Program-made: the position numbers and the translations under genes
Shown: one piece after another, positions 28,318 through 36,533 of the stretch
Numbering within the stretch: the stretch's first letter is position 1
How the letters are laid out: every line of letters begins with the position of its first letter
Origin: an uncultured delta proteobacterium
GTDB taxonomy: Bacteria; Myxococcota_A; Polyangia; Polyangiales; Polyangiaceae
Assembly (NCBI GenBank): GCA_963841435.1
Contig: CAWJCS010000005.1
Span: forward strand, 992,001-1,056,000
Length of the DNA stretch: 64,000 nt
Direction of reading: 5' to 3'
Notes under the pieces: generated by a model
What the model was told of the DNA's origin: nothing
Database searches by the model: none
What the model saw: the letters and a program-made list of their open reading frames with translations, nothing else

Positions 28318-29103
28318 GTGAGCTCGAGCGCTCTTCCGGCGAATGGCGAACCGCCGGATCTCACCGTCCTCGTCACACGCGCGCAGCGCGGTTTGCGCCG
28401 CGACGTGGCCGCGCTCGAAGCCGCGCTGGACGACGCCGAGCTCTTCATTCCGCTCGAGCGCGCCATCGAAGGGGCGAGCGAGGGCGCGCGCATGGAGCTC
28501 GACGAGCGCGTGGAAATCGTGCCGCACTTCCTTTTCGACCCCGAGGGAGCACGGTACGCGGCCCTGTTCACGCGCCCCGAGCACCTCGAGGGCCTCGCTC
28601 GAACGCTCGGCTGGGAGACGGACGGCGACGAGCTCAGAGTCTGCACGTTGCCGGCGCGTATCGCCTGTGAGCTCGCGCTCGGGGTCATCGACGAGCGGGA
28701 CGTCCTCGGGCTCGTCATCGACGCCGGCGAGCCGAGCGAGCTCTTCTTGCGGCGGTCGGAGCTCGCGAGCCTCGTCGCGGGCCAGCCCATTCCGCTCGTC
28801 GGCTACGTCTCCGAGCTGCCCCCGCTCGACGGCGAGAAGACGCTCGTGGCAGAAGATGCCGATCCGCCGCCCCCCGAGCTCGTCGCGGCGCTCGAAGCCT
28901 GCCTGGCCGGCCTAAAGGACGTCGCGGGGCACAAGCTCGAGCGAACGTTCAACCCCGAACGCGACCTGGAGCCCCACCTCACGCTCACGCTGCGAGCCCC
29001 GGAGACCGCCGACCACCGCGCGATCGCCGAGCGCGTGTTCGAGGCCGTTGCCGAGCGGGTGCCGCCGCCGGGCTATCTCGACGTGGTCTTCGACGGCGGC
29101 TAA
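28318..29103 (+). CDS. SseB-like hypothetical protein
   Basis: ALEAALDDAELFIP...YAALFT...GLVID N-domain and a C-domain with PHLTL; start uncertain. Confidence 0.55.
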   Translation: MSSSALPANGEPPDLTVLVTRAQRGLRRDVAALEAALDDAELFIPLERAIEGASEGARMELDERVEIVPHFLFDPEGARYAALFTRPEHLEGLARTLGWETDGDELRVCTLPARIACELALGVIDERDVLGLVIDAGEPSELFLRRSELASLVAGQPIPLVGYVSELPPLDGEKTLVAEDADPPPPELVAALEACLAGLKDVAGHKLERTFNPERDLEPHLTLTLRAPETADHRAIAERVFEAVAERVPPPGYLDVVFDGG

Positions 29104-29207
29104 GTCGCGGCCTCCGCGCTGGATTTGCGCTCGTCTCCGGCCGAAACGTCCGCGCGAGCCGCGCGCCTCGCCAAAAGCCGGCAAAGAAGTGCTAAGGCCG
29201 CGAACGC

Positions 29208-30086
29208 GTGACCGAATCGTCGTCCGCAGCCCTCGGCGAAGACGCGGCTCCGCCGGAGGCCGGGGAGCGCCCCGATCTGGTCGCGGTCGGACGAGGCCGG
29301 CTTTCGCTGCGTGAGCGCGCCATCATCCGCTTCGTTCGCTGGACGTTCGAGCCGGGGATCTTCGACCGCGTCATTCGCCGCGTGCAGCGCGTGATCGGCT
29401 CCACCTGGATCCATCATTTTACCAAGCACCTTCGCCATGTCTACGGCGAGGAACGCCTGCCCGAGCTCGATACTCGCCAGAGCTTCGTCCTGGTCTCGAA
29501 CCACCGAAGCTTCTTCGACCTCTACGTCGTCACGGGGCACCTCGTGAGAAAGGGCCTCGGCCATCGCATCCTTTTCCCCGTGCGCGCCGAGTTCTTCTAC
29601 ACGCGCTGGCTCGGCTTGTTCGTCAACGGCGTCATGAGTTTCTTCGCCATGTACCCGCCGATCTTCCGCGAGCGAAGGCAGCTCATCGTCAACCCGGCGA
29701 GCCTCTCGGAGCTCGCGTGGCTGCTCCGGCAGGGCGGAAAATTCGCTGGGCTCCACCCCGAAGGACGCCGCAAGAAGGACGACGACCCCTACACGTTCCT
29801 GCCGGCGCAGCGCGGCGTCGGGCGCGTCATCCACGAGGCGCGCGTGCCCGTGATTCCGGTCTTCATCAACGGTCTCATCAACCACTTGCCGCGGCAGATC
29901 GGGAGCAACTTCGACGGCACGGGGAGGAAGATCGTCGTCGTCTTCGGTGAGCCAATCGATTTTTCCGATCTCTACGAGAAGCCCGCGAGCCTACGCGTGC
30001 ATCAAGCGATCGCGGATCGCACGCTCGAGGTCATCGGCAAGCTGGGCGAGGAAGAGCGCCGCCTGCGCAGCGAGCTTGGCGGGTAG
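29208..30086 (+). CDS. Lysophospholipid acyltransferase (PlsC family)
   Basis: SNHRSFFD (HX4D), HPEGRR, VPVIPV, FGEPI. Confidence 0.9.
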   Translation: MTESSSAALGEDAAPPEAGERPDLVAVGRGRLSLRERAIIRFVRWTFEPGIFDRVIRRVQRVIGSTWIHHFTKHLRHVYGEERLPELDTRQSFVLVSNHRSFFDLYVVTGHLVRKGLGHRILFPVRAEFFYTRWLGLFVNGVMSFFAMYPPIFRERRQLIVNPASLSELAWLLRQGGKFAGLHPEGRRKKDDDPYTFLPAQRGVGRVIHEARVPVIPVFINGLINHLPRQIGSNFDGTGRKIVVVFGEPIDFSDLYEKPASLRVHQAIADRTLEVIGKLGEEERRLRSELGG

Positions 30087-30118
30087 CGCACGGCTCGCGA
30101 GAGACGAGCACCGCCAGC

Positions 30119-31936
30119 TCAGATCCAGGGGTTGAGGCCGGGCGCCGGAGGACGCCGGCGTGCACCCAGGTGGGCACGGACGACGAGCGCGACGAGTAGC
30201 GCAACGCCCCCAGCGAGGCACACGGCCGCGGCGGCACGGGCGGCGCCGTCGAGCCCCGCGTCGAGAGCCGTGCGGCGCCCGAGCCACGACAGGGCGCCGA
30301 GGCCGAGCGACGCCGGAAGCAGCCAGAAAAGCAGCGGCCCCCGCGCCTCGTCGAGATCGAGGCGACCCGCGAAGCGCCGTAGCGCGAGCACGAGCCCCGC
30401 GAGCGACAGCGTCTTCAGGAGCAGCAAAAGGGCACCGAGCGGCGCGAGCAAGTTGGAAGCCTCCGACGCGCGCATGCCGCCGAACCAGGCGATCGCGGCG
30501 AGGCCCGTGACGACGATGAGCGTCACTCTTGCGAGCAGTCGCGGGACGACGCTGAGCCCGCGGGCAGGCTCGGCGGCCGTCGCTCCGAGCGGGCGCCGGC
30601 CGAGAGCCGGATCGGGTACGAGTGCCACGAGCAGCACCAGCGCAGAGAACAGCGGCACGGGCGCGCGTGCCACGAGCCACTCCCACGGCCAGGGACCCTG
30701 GGTCAAGAGGAGCTCGTCGGTTCCGGCTCCGCCCGCCCGCAGCACGGCCGCGCCGAGCGCGAGCCCGACCACGCTTCCCTGCACGAGCACGAGCAGCACG
30801 CGTCGCAGGCGCGCCACGAGCCCTTCGCCCGACGCGACGCCGAACACCAGCACCGCCATCGCGAGCGACGCATACGCCGCCACGAGGAGCAGCAGCGTAT
30901 CGACCTCGGGCGCAACGAGCGGTAGACCGAGACCGACCGCCATGACGAGCGCGCACGCGGAGACCAGCGCCACGTAGGGGCCGACGCGCGTCGGGAGGGC
31001 GCCGACCAGGCGCTGGCCGAGCGAGCCGTGCGGCCGCGTGGGGCGCCGGAGCGTCACGCCCGCCGGCCCGCGGGCTCGCTCGACGAGGCGGCCCTCGAGG
31101 TGGCTGAGGGCGCGCCCGAACGGCGACGCGAGCAAGAGCAGCAACAGCAGGACCGCGCCGATCGCACCGGCAGTCGGCGCAAGCTCACGCGGGGTGATCG
31201 GAGAAAACCCCGTCACGTCGAGCGGCAGCACGACTCGCTTGCCGGCCCGCTCGACGCGAAGGTCGGCAGTACGCGCGAGCGGCGCGGGCACCAGATCGGA
31301 CAGCTCGAGCACGCGGACGCCACCGAGCTCGAGCATGCGGTCACCCGCGAGCACGCCAGCGCGCTCCGCGGGGCTGTCGGGCATGACGCCCGATACGGTG
31401 TCGAAGTCGTCGCCTTCGCGCAGCAAGAGGCCGGCGTACTCGGCGAAGCGCCGCCCCGTCTCGGTGCGAGCCACGGCAACGCTCTCTTCTTCTTCAGCGG
31501 GAATGAAGTCGAGCACGACTTCGGAGAGCTGTCCGGTCACCGGAGGCGTCCCGGAGACGCGCGGACGGAACGAGACGCCGAGCGCGCCGTGGAACGTCGC
31601 GTGCGCGCCGTTCGCTCCGCCGGTCACCGCGCGCAGCGTCTCGCGCGTCACCGTCACGGTGACTCTGTGGCTCGACGCGCTCAGGCCCTTCAGCGAGAGC
31701 TCGAACCGATTGAGGGGGTGCTCACCGGGCCTCTGCACGTCGCCAGTGAGCGTCACCGTCACGACGCGACCCTCGGGGAAGGACTGGCCGCGAAGCTCGA
31801 GGGTGTCGCCTTCCCTGAGCTCGCGGTTCGTGACACCCGTCACCTCGACGAGCGCAGGGCCGGGCGAAGGGCGACAGGCCCCCAGGCCGACCAGGACGAC
31901 GAACAGCAGGAGCCAGCGGGACACGGGTGCCGCCAA
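30119..31936 (-). CDS. Membrane protein: lipoprotein-like N-domain, PDZ domain and degenerate NuoH-like TM domain
   Basis: LGAC; VMPDSPAERAGVLAGD (PDZ); multi-TM region with LEGRLVER and QGPWPWEW, reminiscent of NuoH. Confidence 0.55.
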   Translation of the reverse strand: MAAPVSRWLLLFVVLVGLGACRPSPGPALVEVTGVTNRELREGDTLELRGQSFPEGRVVTVTLTGDVQRPGEHPLNRFELSLKGLSASSHRVTVTVTRETLRAVTGGANGAHATFHGALGVSFRPRVSGTPPVTGQLSEVVLDFIPAEEEESVAVARTETGRRFAEYAGLLLREGDDFDTVSGVMPDSPAERAGVLAGDRMLELGGVRVLELSDLVPAPLARTADLRVERAGKRVVLPLDVTGFSPITPRELAPTAGAIGAVLLLLLLLASPFGRALSHLEGRLVERARGPAGVTLRRPTRPHGSLGQRLVGALPTRVGPYVALVSACALVMAVGLGLPLVAPEVDTLLLLVAAYASLAMAVLVFGVASGEGLVARLRRVLLVLVQGSVVGLALGAAVLRAGGAGTDELLLTQGPWPWEWLVARAPVPLFSALVLLVALVPDPALGRRPLGATAAEPARGLSVVPRLLARVTLIVVTGLAAIAWFGGMRASEASNLLAPLGALLLLLKTLSLAGLVLALRRFAGRLDLDEARGPLLFWLLPASLGLGALSWLGRRTALDAGLDGAARAAAAVCLAGGVALLVALVVRAHLGARRRPPAPGLNPWI

Positions 31937-32070
31937 GGTAGCAACCCGCTGGAATCCCGGAAAAATTCCCGGATCATGCAGCGGCTTGATACTTTGACGC
32001 CGTGCATCATGCTTTGATGAGCCGCGGGCGAGCCGCCCTGGTTTCGTTAGTACTTCCGCGCGACTAGAGC

Positions 32071-32730
32071 ATGACGAGCGAACACCCCACCGAAGCGACG
32101 ACGAGCGCGCCCGTGCGGCGCGTGATCAAACGCTATTCGAACCGCAAGCTCTACGACACCCGCGCGAGCACCTACGTCACACTCCTCCAGATAGCCGAGA
32201 TGATCCGCGCCGGGGAGGACGTAGAGATCATCGACAACGCGACGAAGGAGGACAAGACGGACGTGACGCTCGCGCTCATCATCTCCGAGGAGCTGCGGGC
32301 CAAGCCGCGTGCCATCCCTCTCAGCACGCTGAAGGCGCTGATCCGACACGGCGGGGAGCGCATCCTGAGCCAGCTGCGGGGTGGCCCGATCGGTAAGCTC
32401 ATCCCGCCGACGGAGGGGGAGACCGAGCAAGGGGCGCAAGCAGAGGAGCGCCCGGCCGCGCCGCCGATTCCGCCCCCACCCGACGAGGAAAACATGCCGC
32501 AGAACAACAAGGATACGCGCCCGGGCCTTCGCGCCACGCTGGAGCATTGGCAAGGGGCGATCGACGAGCGGATCCGCGCAACCCTACCGAATTTTTCCGC
32601 CTTCCGCGCTCTGGAGCAGGAGGTCCGCCGGCTCGGGGAGCGGCTCGACGCGCTCGAGCGCGCCACGGGCCACGGCGGCGCCCCGGGCGGCGAAAAGCCC
32701 CCAGAGAGCCCCGGAACCGAGGGCGGCTAG
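32071..32730 (+). CDS. PhaR-type (PHA synthesis regulator) DNA-binding protein
   Basis: RVIKRYSNRKLYDTRASTYVTL...DNATKEDKTDVTL. Confidence 0.88.
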   Translation: MTSEHPTEATTSAPVRRVIKRYSNRKLYDTRASTYVTLLQIAEMIRAGEDVEIIDNATKEDKTDVTLALIISEELRAKPRAIPLSTLKALIRHGGERILSQLRGGPIGKLIPPTEGETEQGAQAEERPAAPPIPPPPDEENMPQNNKDTRPGLRATLEHWQGAIDERIRATLPNFSAFRALEQEVRRLGERLDALERATGHGGAPGGEKPPESPGTEGG

Positions 32731-32734
32731 CCCG

Positions 32735-32760
32735 GGAATACAGGGGCGCTACGCTGGGTT
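32735..32760 (+). promoter_or_regulatory. SigR/SigH-type ECF promoter GGAAT-N18-GTT (probable autoregulation)
   Basis: GGAAT at 32735-32739, 18-nt spacer, GTT at 32758-32760, 14 nt before the sigma ATG. Confidence 0.7.
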
Positions 32761-32774
32761 AGCACCATCGAGCC

Positions 32775-33449
32775 ATGAGACGGAGCACGGTACCGACGGA
32801 GTTCGAGCGTGAGGCATTGGCGCACCTGCCGACGCTGCTCGCGGTGGCGTCCCGCCTGACCAAGAATGGCTCCGAGGCCGAGGACCTCGTCCAGGACACG
32901 CTGCTGAAGGCGCTCCGGGCGCGCGAGCACTTCGCTCAAGGCAGCAACATGCGCGCCTGGCTCCTGCGCATCCTCACCAACACCTTCATCAATCGCTACC
33001 GGCGCGGCGGGCTCGAGCGCAGCGTGCTCGGCGGGCCCGACGCAGATCCGCTCGCCGACGGGTGGATTGGCTCTTCGACGATGGAAGCGATGCGCGACCC
33101 CGAGTCCCGGGCGCTGCGTTCCTTGCTCGAGAAGGAAATCACCACGGCACTCGACGAGCTGCCCGAGGAGTTCCGGCTCGCCGTCGTGCTCTCCGACGTC
33201 GAGGAGCTCTCGTATCGTGAAATCGCCGACATCATGGGTTGCCCGATCGGCACCGTGATGTCGCGCTTGCATCGTGGTCGCCGCTTGCTCAAGGGCCGGC
33301 TCTACCAGCACGCGCGCGCGCTCGGCATCGTCGGCCCCGAGGAGGCCATCGGCGTCAAGCGGCCCTCGGCCGAGACCGCTCCCGCGAGCGCCGACGGCAA
33401 CAAGTCCGTCGTTTCCATGGAACGCTACCGCCGTGGAAAGGTCGGCTAG
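32775..33449 (+). CDS. ECF sigma-70 factor (SigH/SigR-like)
   Basis: AEDLVQDT, GSNMRAWLLRILTNTFINRYR, SYREIADIMGCPIGTVMSRLHRGR. Confidence 0.95.
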   Translation: MRRSTVPTEFEREALAHLPTLLAVASRLTKNGSEAEDLVQDTLLKALRAREHFAQGSNMRAWLLRILTNTFINRYRRGGLERSVLGGPDADPLADGWIGSSTMEAMRDPESRALRSLLEKEITTALDELPEEFRLAVVLSDVEELSYREIADIMGCPIGTVMSRLHRGRRLLKGRLYQHARALGIVGPEEAIGVKRPSAETAPASADGNKSVVSMERYRRGKVG

Positions 33450-33451
33450 CG

Positions 33452-34288
33452 ATGGGTAAGAGTGGCTGTCGTCCCGTGATGGCGGGGCTCGATGCCTACG
33501 CAGACGGAGAGCTCGCACCCGACCAGGTTCTCGAGATCGAGGCACACCTCGCCGATTGCGGCAGCTGCTCCGCTCGGCTCGAGTTCGACCACGCCGTCAG
33601 GAAGAGCCTCCGGCGCTCGACCTACGCCAGCGCCGTGCCGAGTGACGCTTTCCGCGATCGCCTGGTGAATTCGCTCCGCGCCGAGGAGTCGCGCGTGGAA
33701 GCGCTCGAAGCGGCGGAGGCTCGCCCGGGCATGCTGTCGTGGGGCAACATCGTGCCGCTCGCCGCTGCGGCCGCGTTCGCGCTGTTGTGGACGGCAACCA
33801 CCGAGAAGAACCCCGCTCAGTCGACGACGACCAAGCCCGTGGTGGCCGCCGTCAACGAGCCTTTCAACGTCGAGAAGCTCCTCGACGACATCGTCGAGCG
33901 CCATCTCGATCGCTCGGCACCCGCGGTCACCGAGCCGTCGTTGCTCGATCACCTCGAGCCCGAGGTGGGCGTGCCGGTTCACGCGCCGAGCCTCCTTCAA
34001 TACGGCGCTCGCTGGGAAGGCGGTAGCGTCGTGCCGTTGCGCAACGAGCGCGCCGCGTCGCTGCGCTATCGTCTCGACGGGCACAGGATGACGCTCTACG
34101 TCTTCAACGCCGAGCACTTCCCGATGAGCTCGCGTTTCAAGAAGCGCGTCGTGCGGGACGAGCCCGTGTACGTGGCCTGGAAGCGCGGCTTCGCGATCGC
34201 CGCCACCGATCGGCACGGCGTCGGGTACGCGGTCGCGAGCGACCTCGGCGAGGACGAGGGCGCCGAGATCGTCGCGTCGCTGCGCTGA
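33452..34288 (+). CDS. Zinc-binding (zf-HC2) transmembrane anti-sigma factor
   Basis: C...LDAYADGEL...HLADCGSC, one TM helix and an extracytoplasmic domain; directly follows the sigma gene. Confidence 0.9.
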   Translation: MGKSGCRPVMAGLDAYADGELAPDQVLEIEAHLADCGSCSARLEFDHAVRKSLRRSTYASAVPSDAFRDRLVNSLRAEESRVEALEAAEARPGMLSWGNIVPLAAAAAFALLWTATTEKNPAQSTTTKPVVAAVNEPFNVEKLLDDIVERHLDRSAPAVTEPSLLDHLEPEVGVPVHAPSLLQYGARWEGGSVVPLRNERAASLRYRLDGHRMTLYVFNAEHFPMSSRFKKRVVRDEPVYVAWKRGFAIAATDRHGVGYAVASDLGEDEGAEIVASLR

Positions 34289-34311
34289 GACGCGGCACCG
34301 CGCCCGCACCG

Positions 34312-35469
34312 TCAACGCCTGCATTCGGCGCGCAGAGCAAAAAGTAGCCCCACGGGTTGGGCGAGCAGGCACGCGAGCGCGACGGCAAGCCCGAGGCGGT
34401 CCGCGACGAGCCCGACGACGAGTGGCGAAACGAGATCCAGCGCGTTGCCGATGGGACTCAACGCCGCCACGAGCCCCGAGCGATCGCCCGCGGCGCGGTA
34501 GGCCTGTGCTTGAGCGAGCGGATACTGAAACGAGACGAGCACGCCGATCGCGAACAGCCACACCGTCGCGAGCACGAAGGAGCCCGACGCGAGCCAGAAA
34601 ACGTAGGCTGCCACGCTGCCGGCCGAGGAGAGCGCGAGCAGCACCCGTGGCGAACGGGTCGTGAGCAGCCGGCGGAGCAGGACGAGCCCAAGGACGCCCC
34701 CGAGCGTGCACGCGGCGAGCCCCACGGGGACGGCGAGCAGCACGTGAGGAAAGCGCTCCGATAAAAAGAGCGCGGCGAGCGCCGTGAACGTCTCGTCGAG
34801 GAGCGCGCAGAGGGCCGCGGCGAGGACCCAGCGCACGAGCGGCCGATCACCCAGCGCACGCCGCAGGCTCGCCATCTCCTCGCCCCGCTCGGCAAAGGGC
34901 GCTGCGCCGAGCGGCAGCCGGGCGACGAACGCCGCCAGCACAGCGAGCGCGATGCCCACGAGGACCCACGCCGCGCGAAAACTGCCGAACGAGAGCGTGC
35001 TTGCCGCGATCACGAGCGGCGCTGCCAGGTCCCCGAACGTCCCCGCAAGCGCCCAATCCGTCATGCCCTCTTCGCGCTCGTCGGGGCGCGCATCCAAGAG
35101 AGCCGCCTGTGCGAGCCCGCACGCGAGCCCGCTCGCCGGCGAGAACAGGGCGAACGCGAGCGCGAACACCCACAAGGACGGCGCGAGGCCTGCCGCGAGC
35201 ACGGACACTGCCATGCCGAGCAGGCCGAGCGCGATCATCGGGGCGCGGCCGTAGCGCGATGCCCGGGCGAGCAGCGGTCCATCGACGAGCAGCGCCAAGA
35301 GCTGCGGCGCCGTGAAAGCGGCCAGCGAAAGACCCGCCACACCGGTCGAGAATTCCTCGGTGAGGGCCGGCGCCCCGGCGGACGGCAGCCCCGACGCGAG
35401 CTCGTCGAAAAAATCGATGCTCGCGAGAACGAGGGCCAGCCGAGAGGCCCGAACCGCGAGACGAACCAG
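34312..35469 (-). CDS. MFS transporter (start uncertain: CTG 35469, or ATG 35511 across an in-frame TGA)
   Basis: About 12 TM segments; the coding frame continues upstream of the track start (LALVLASIDFFDELASG); GLVADRLG near the C-terminus. Confidence 0.85.
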   Translation of the reverse strand: MVRLAVRASRLALVLASIDFFDELASGLPSAGAPALTEEFSTGVAGLSLAAFTAPQLLALLVDGPLLARASRYGRAPMIALGLLGMAVSVLAAGLAPSLWVFALAFALFSPASGLACGLAQAALLDARPDEREEGMTDWALAGTFGDLAAPLVIAASTLSFGSFRAAWVLVGIALAVLAAFVARLPLGAAPFAERGEEMASLRRALGDRPLVRWVLAAALCALLDETFTALAALFLSERFPHVLLAVPVGLAACTLGGVLGLVLLRRLLTTRSPRVLLALSSAGSVAAYVFWLASGSFVLATVWLFAIGVLVSFQYPLAQAQAYRAAGDRSGLVAALSPIGNALDLVSPLVVGLVADRLGLAVALACLLAQPVGLLFALRAECRR

Positions 35470-35564
35470 GGAGCGGAGGCGTCAGATGCGTTCGGTGAAG
35501 TCGCGCGACATCACTGGATGACCTGGGGCCGGCCGCCGCCGCCGTCAAGGGTGGCGCGCCGTCG

Positions 35565-36533
35565 TCAGCGCGTGCAGCTCACCGAGACGACGGGCACCGT
35601 CAGCGTGTCGTTCGAGGCGTCGCAGTCCCCGGGCTCGAGCGTCGCCGCGACACCGTCGAGCGCGACGAGCGTCAACGGTGGCGATGCTTCGCCGGGGTCG
35701 AGGGGCGGCACCGCGACGGCATCCGCGGCGCCGTCGTCAACGACGATCGACAGCATCGCGCTCCCACTCGGCTCCGAGCCGTCGTTCACCACCCGCAGCA
35801 CGACTTGACCCTGCTGCTGGTGGCACGGCGCGCAAACCATCGCTCCCACGAGCGCGAGGTCCGTGCCCGAGCAGTGCCCCGTGCTCACGACGGCGTTCGC
35901 GACGGCGGCTGCCTCGACCGTGCACATCGTGGGGTCGTCGTACCCGTCGCAATCCGTATCGATGCCGTCCGCGAAGCTCTCCCACGCGTCAGGATGGCGC
36001 GCCGGGTCGCCGTCGTCGCAGTCGAGACCCGAGAAGCCGATGACCTGGTAGCCTTCCGGCGCCGTAGCGGCGCAGACGCGAGGGCCCGTCGCATCGACGT
36101 AGCCGTCGCCGTCGCGATCCGGCGCGAAGCTCAGCCACGCGTTGGGGTCCTCGTCGTTGCAGTCGTACCCCAGGGAAGAGAGCGTGAAACCGGGGGGGAC
36201 CTCGAAGCCGACGCAGCGCATCCCCTCGGCGCTCCGGTAGTGGTCACCGTCCGCGTCCTCGTAGGCGACGCGGAAGACCTCGGGATCCGCGTCGTCGCAG
36301 TCGCCGCTGGATCCGACCTTGTACCCCGGTGGCACGGCGCACTCGGGGACGCTGATGGCGTCGGTCGAGCGCGTGAACCCGTCGCCATCGTCGTCGGGAT
36401 ACACGACGACGCGCCGAGCGTCGTCGGCGCATGTGGGCGCCGGGGTCGATGGCTCGCCACCGCAGGCGGCGAGCACCGGTAGCACCGAAAGGCTCGTGAC
36501 CGCTCGGCGGCGGACCACGGCCCGCACGCTCAA
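35565..36533 (-). CDS. Lipoprotein with DxDGDG / DCDD (MopE-related) metal-binding repeats and a CARDB-like C-terminus
   Basis: LAAC; YPDDDGDG, DADGDH, DRDGDG; DCDDGDPARHPDAWE..DGIDTDCDG; the start overlaps the upstream stop. Confidence 0.75.
   Translation of the reverse strand: MSVRAVVRRRAVTSLSVLPVLAACGGEPSTPAPTCADDARRVVVYPDDDGDGFTRSTDAISVPECAVPPGYKVGSSGDCDDADPEVFRVAYEDADGDHYRSAEGMRCVGFEVPPGFTLSSLGYDCNDEDPNAWLSFAPDRDGDGYVDATGPRVCAATAPEGYQVIGFSGLDCDDGDPARHPDAWESFADGIDTDCDGYDDPTMCTVEAAAVANAVVSTGHCSGTDLALVGAMVCAPCHQQQGQVVLRVVNDGSEPSGSAMLSIVVDDGAADAVAVPPLDPGEASPPLTLVALDGVAATLEPGDCDASNDTLTVPVVSVSCTR

Noticed and set aside
9746-35484. TGA reassignment or selenocysteine as an explanation for the two in-frame TGA codons
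   Set aside because: Many genes here end properly at TGA, the positions are not catalytic Cys sites, and I see no convincing SECIS.
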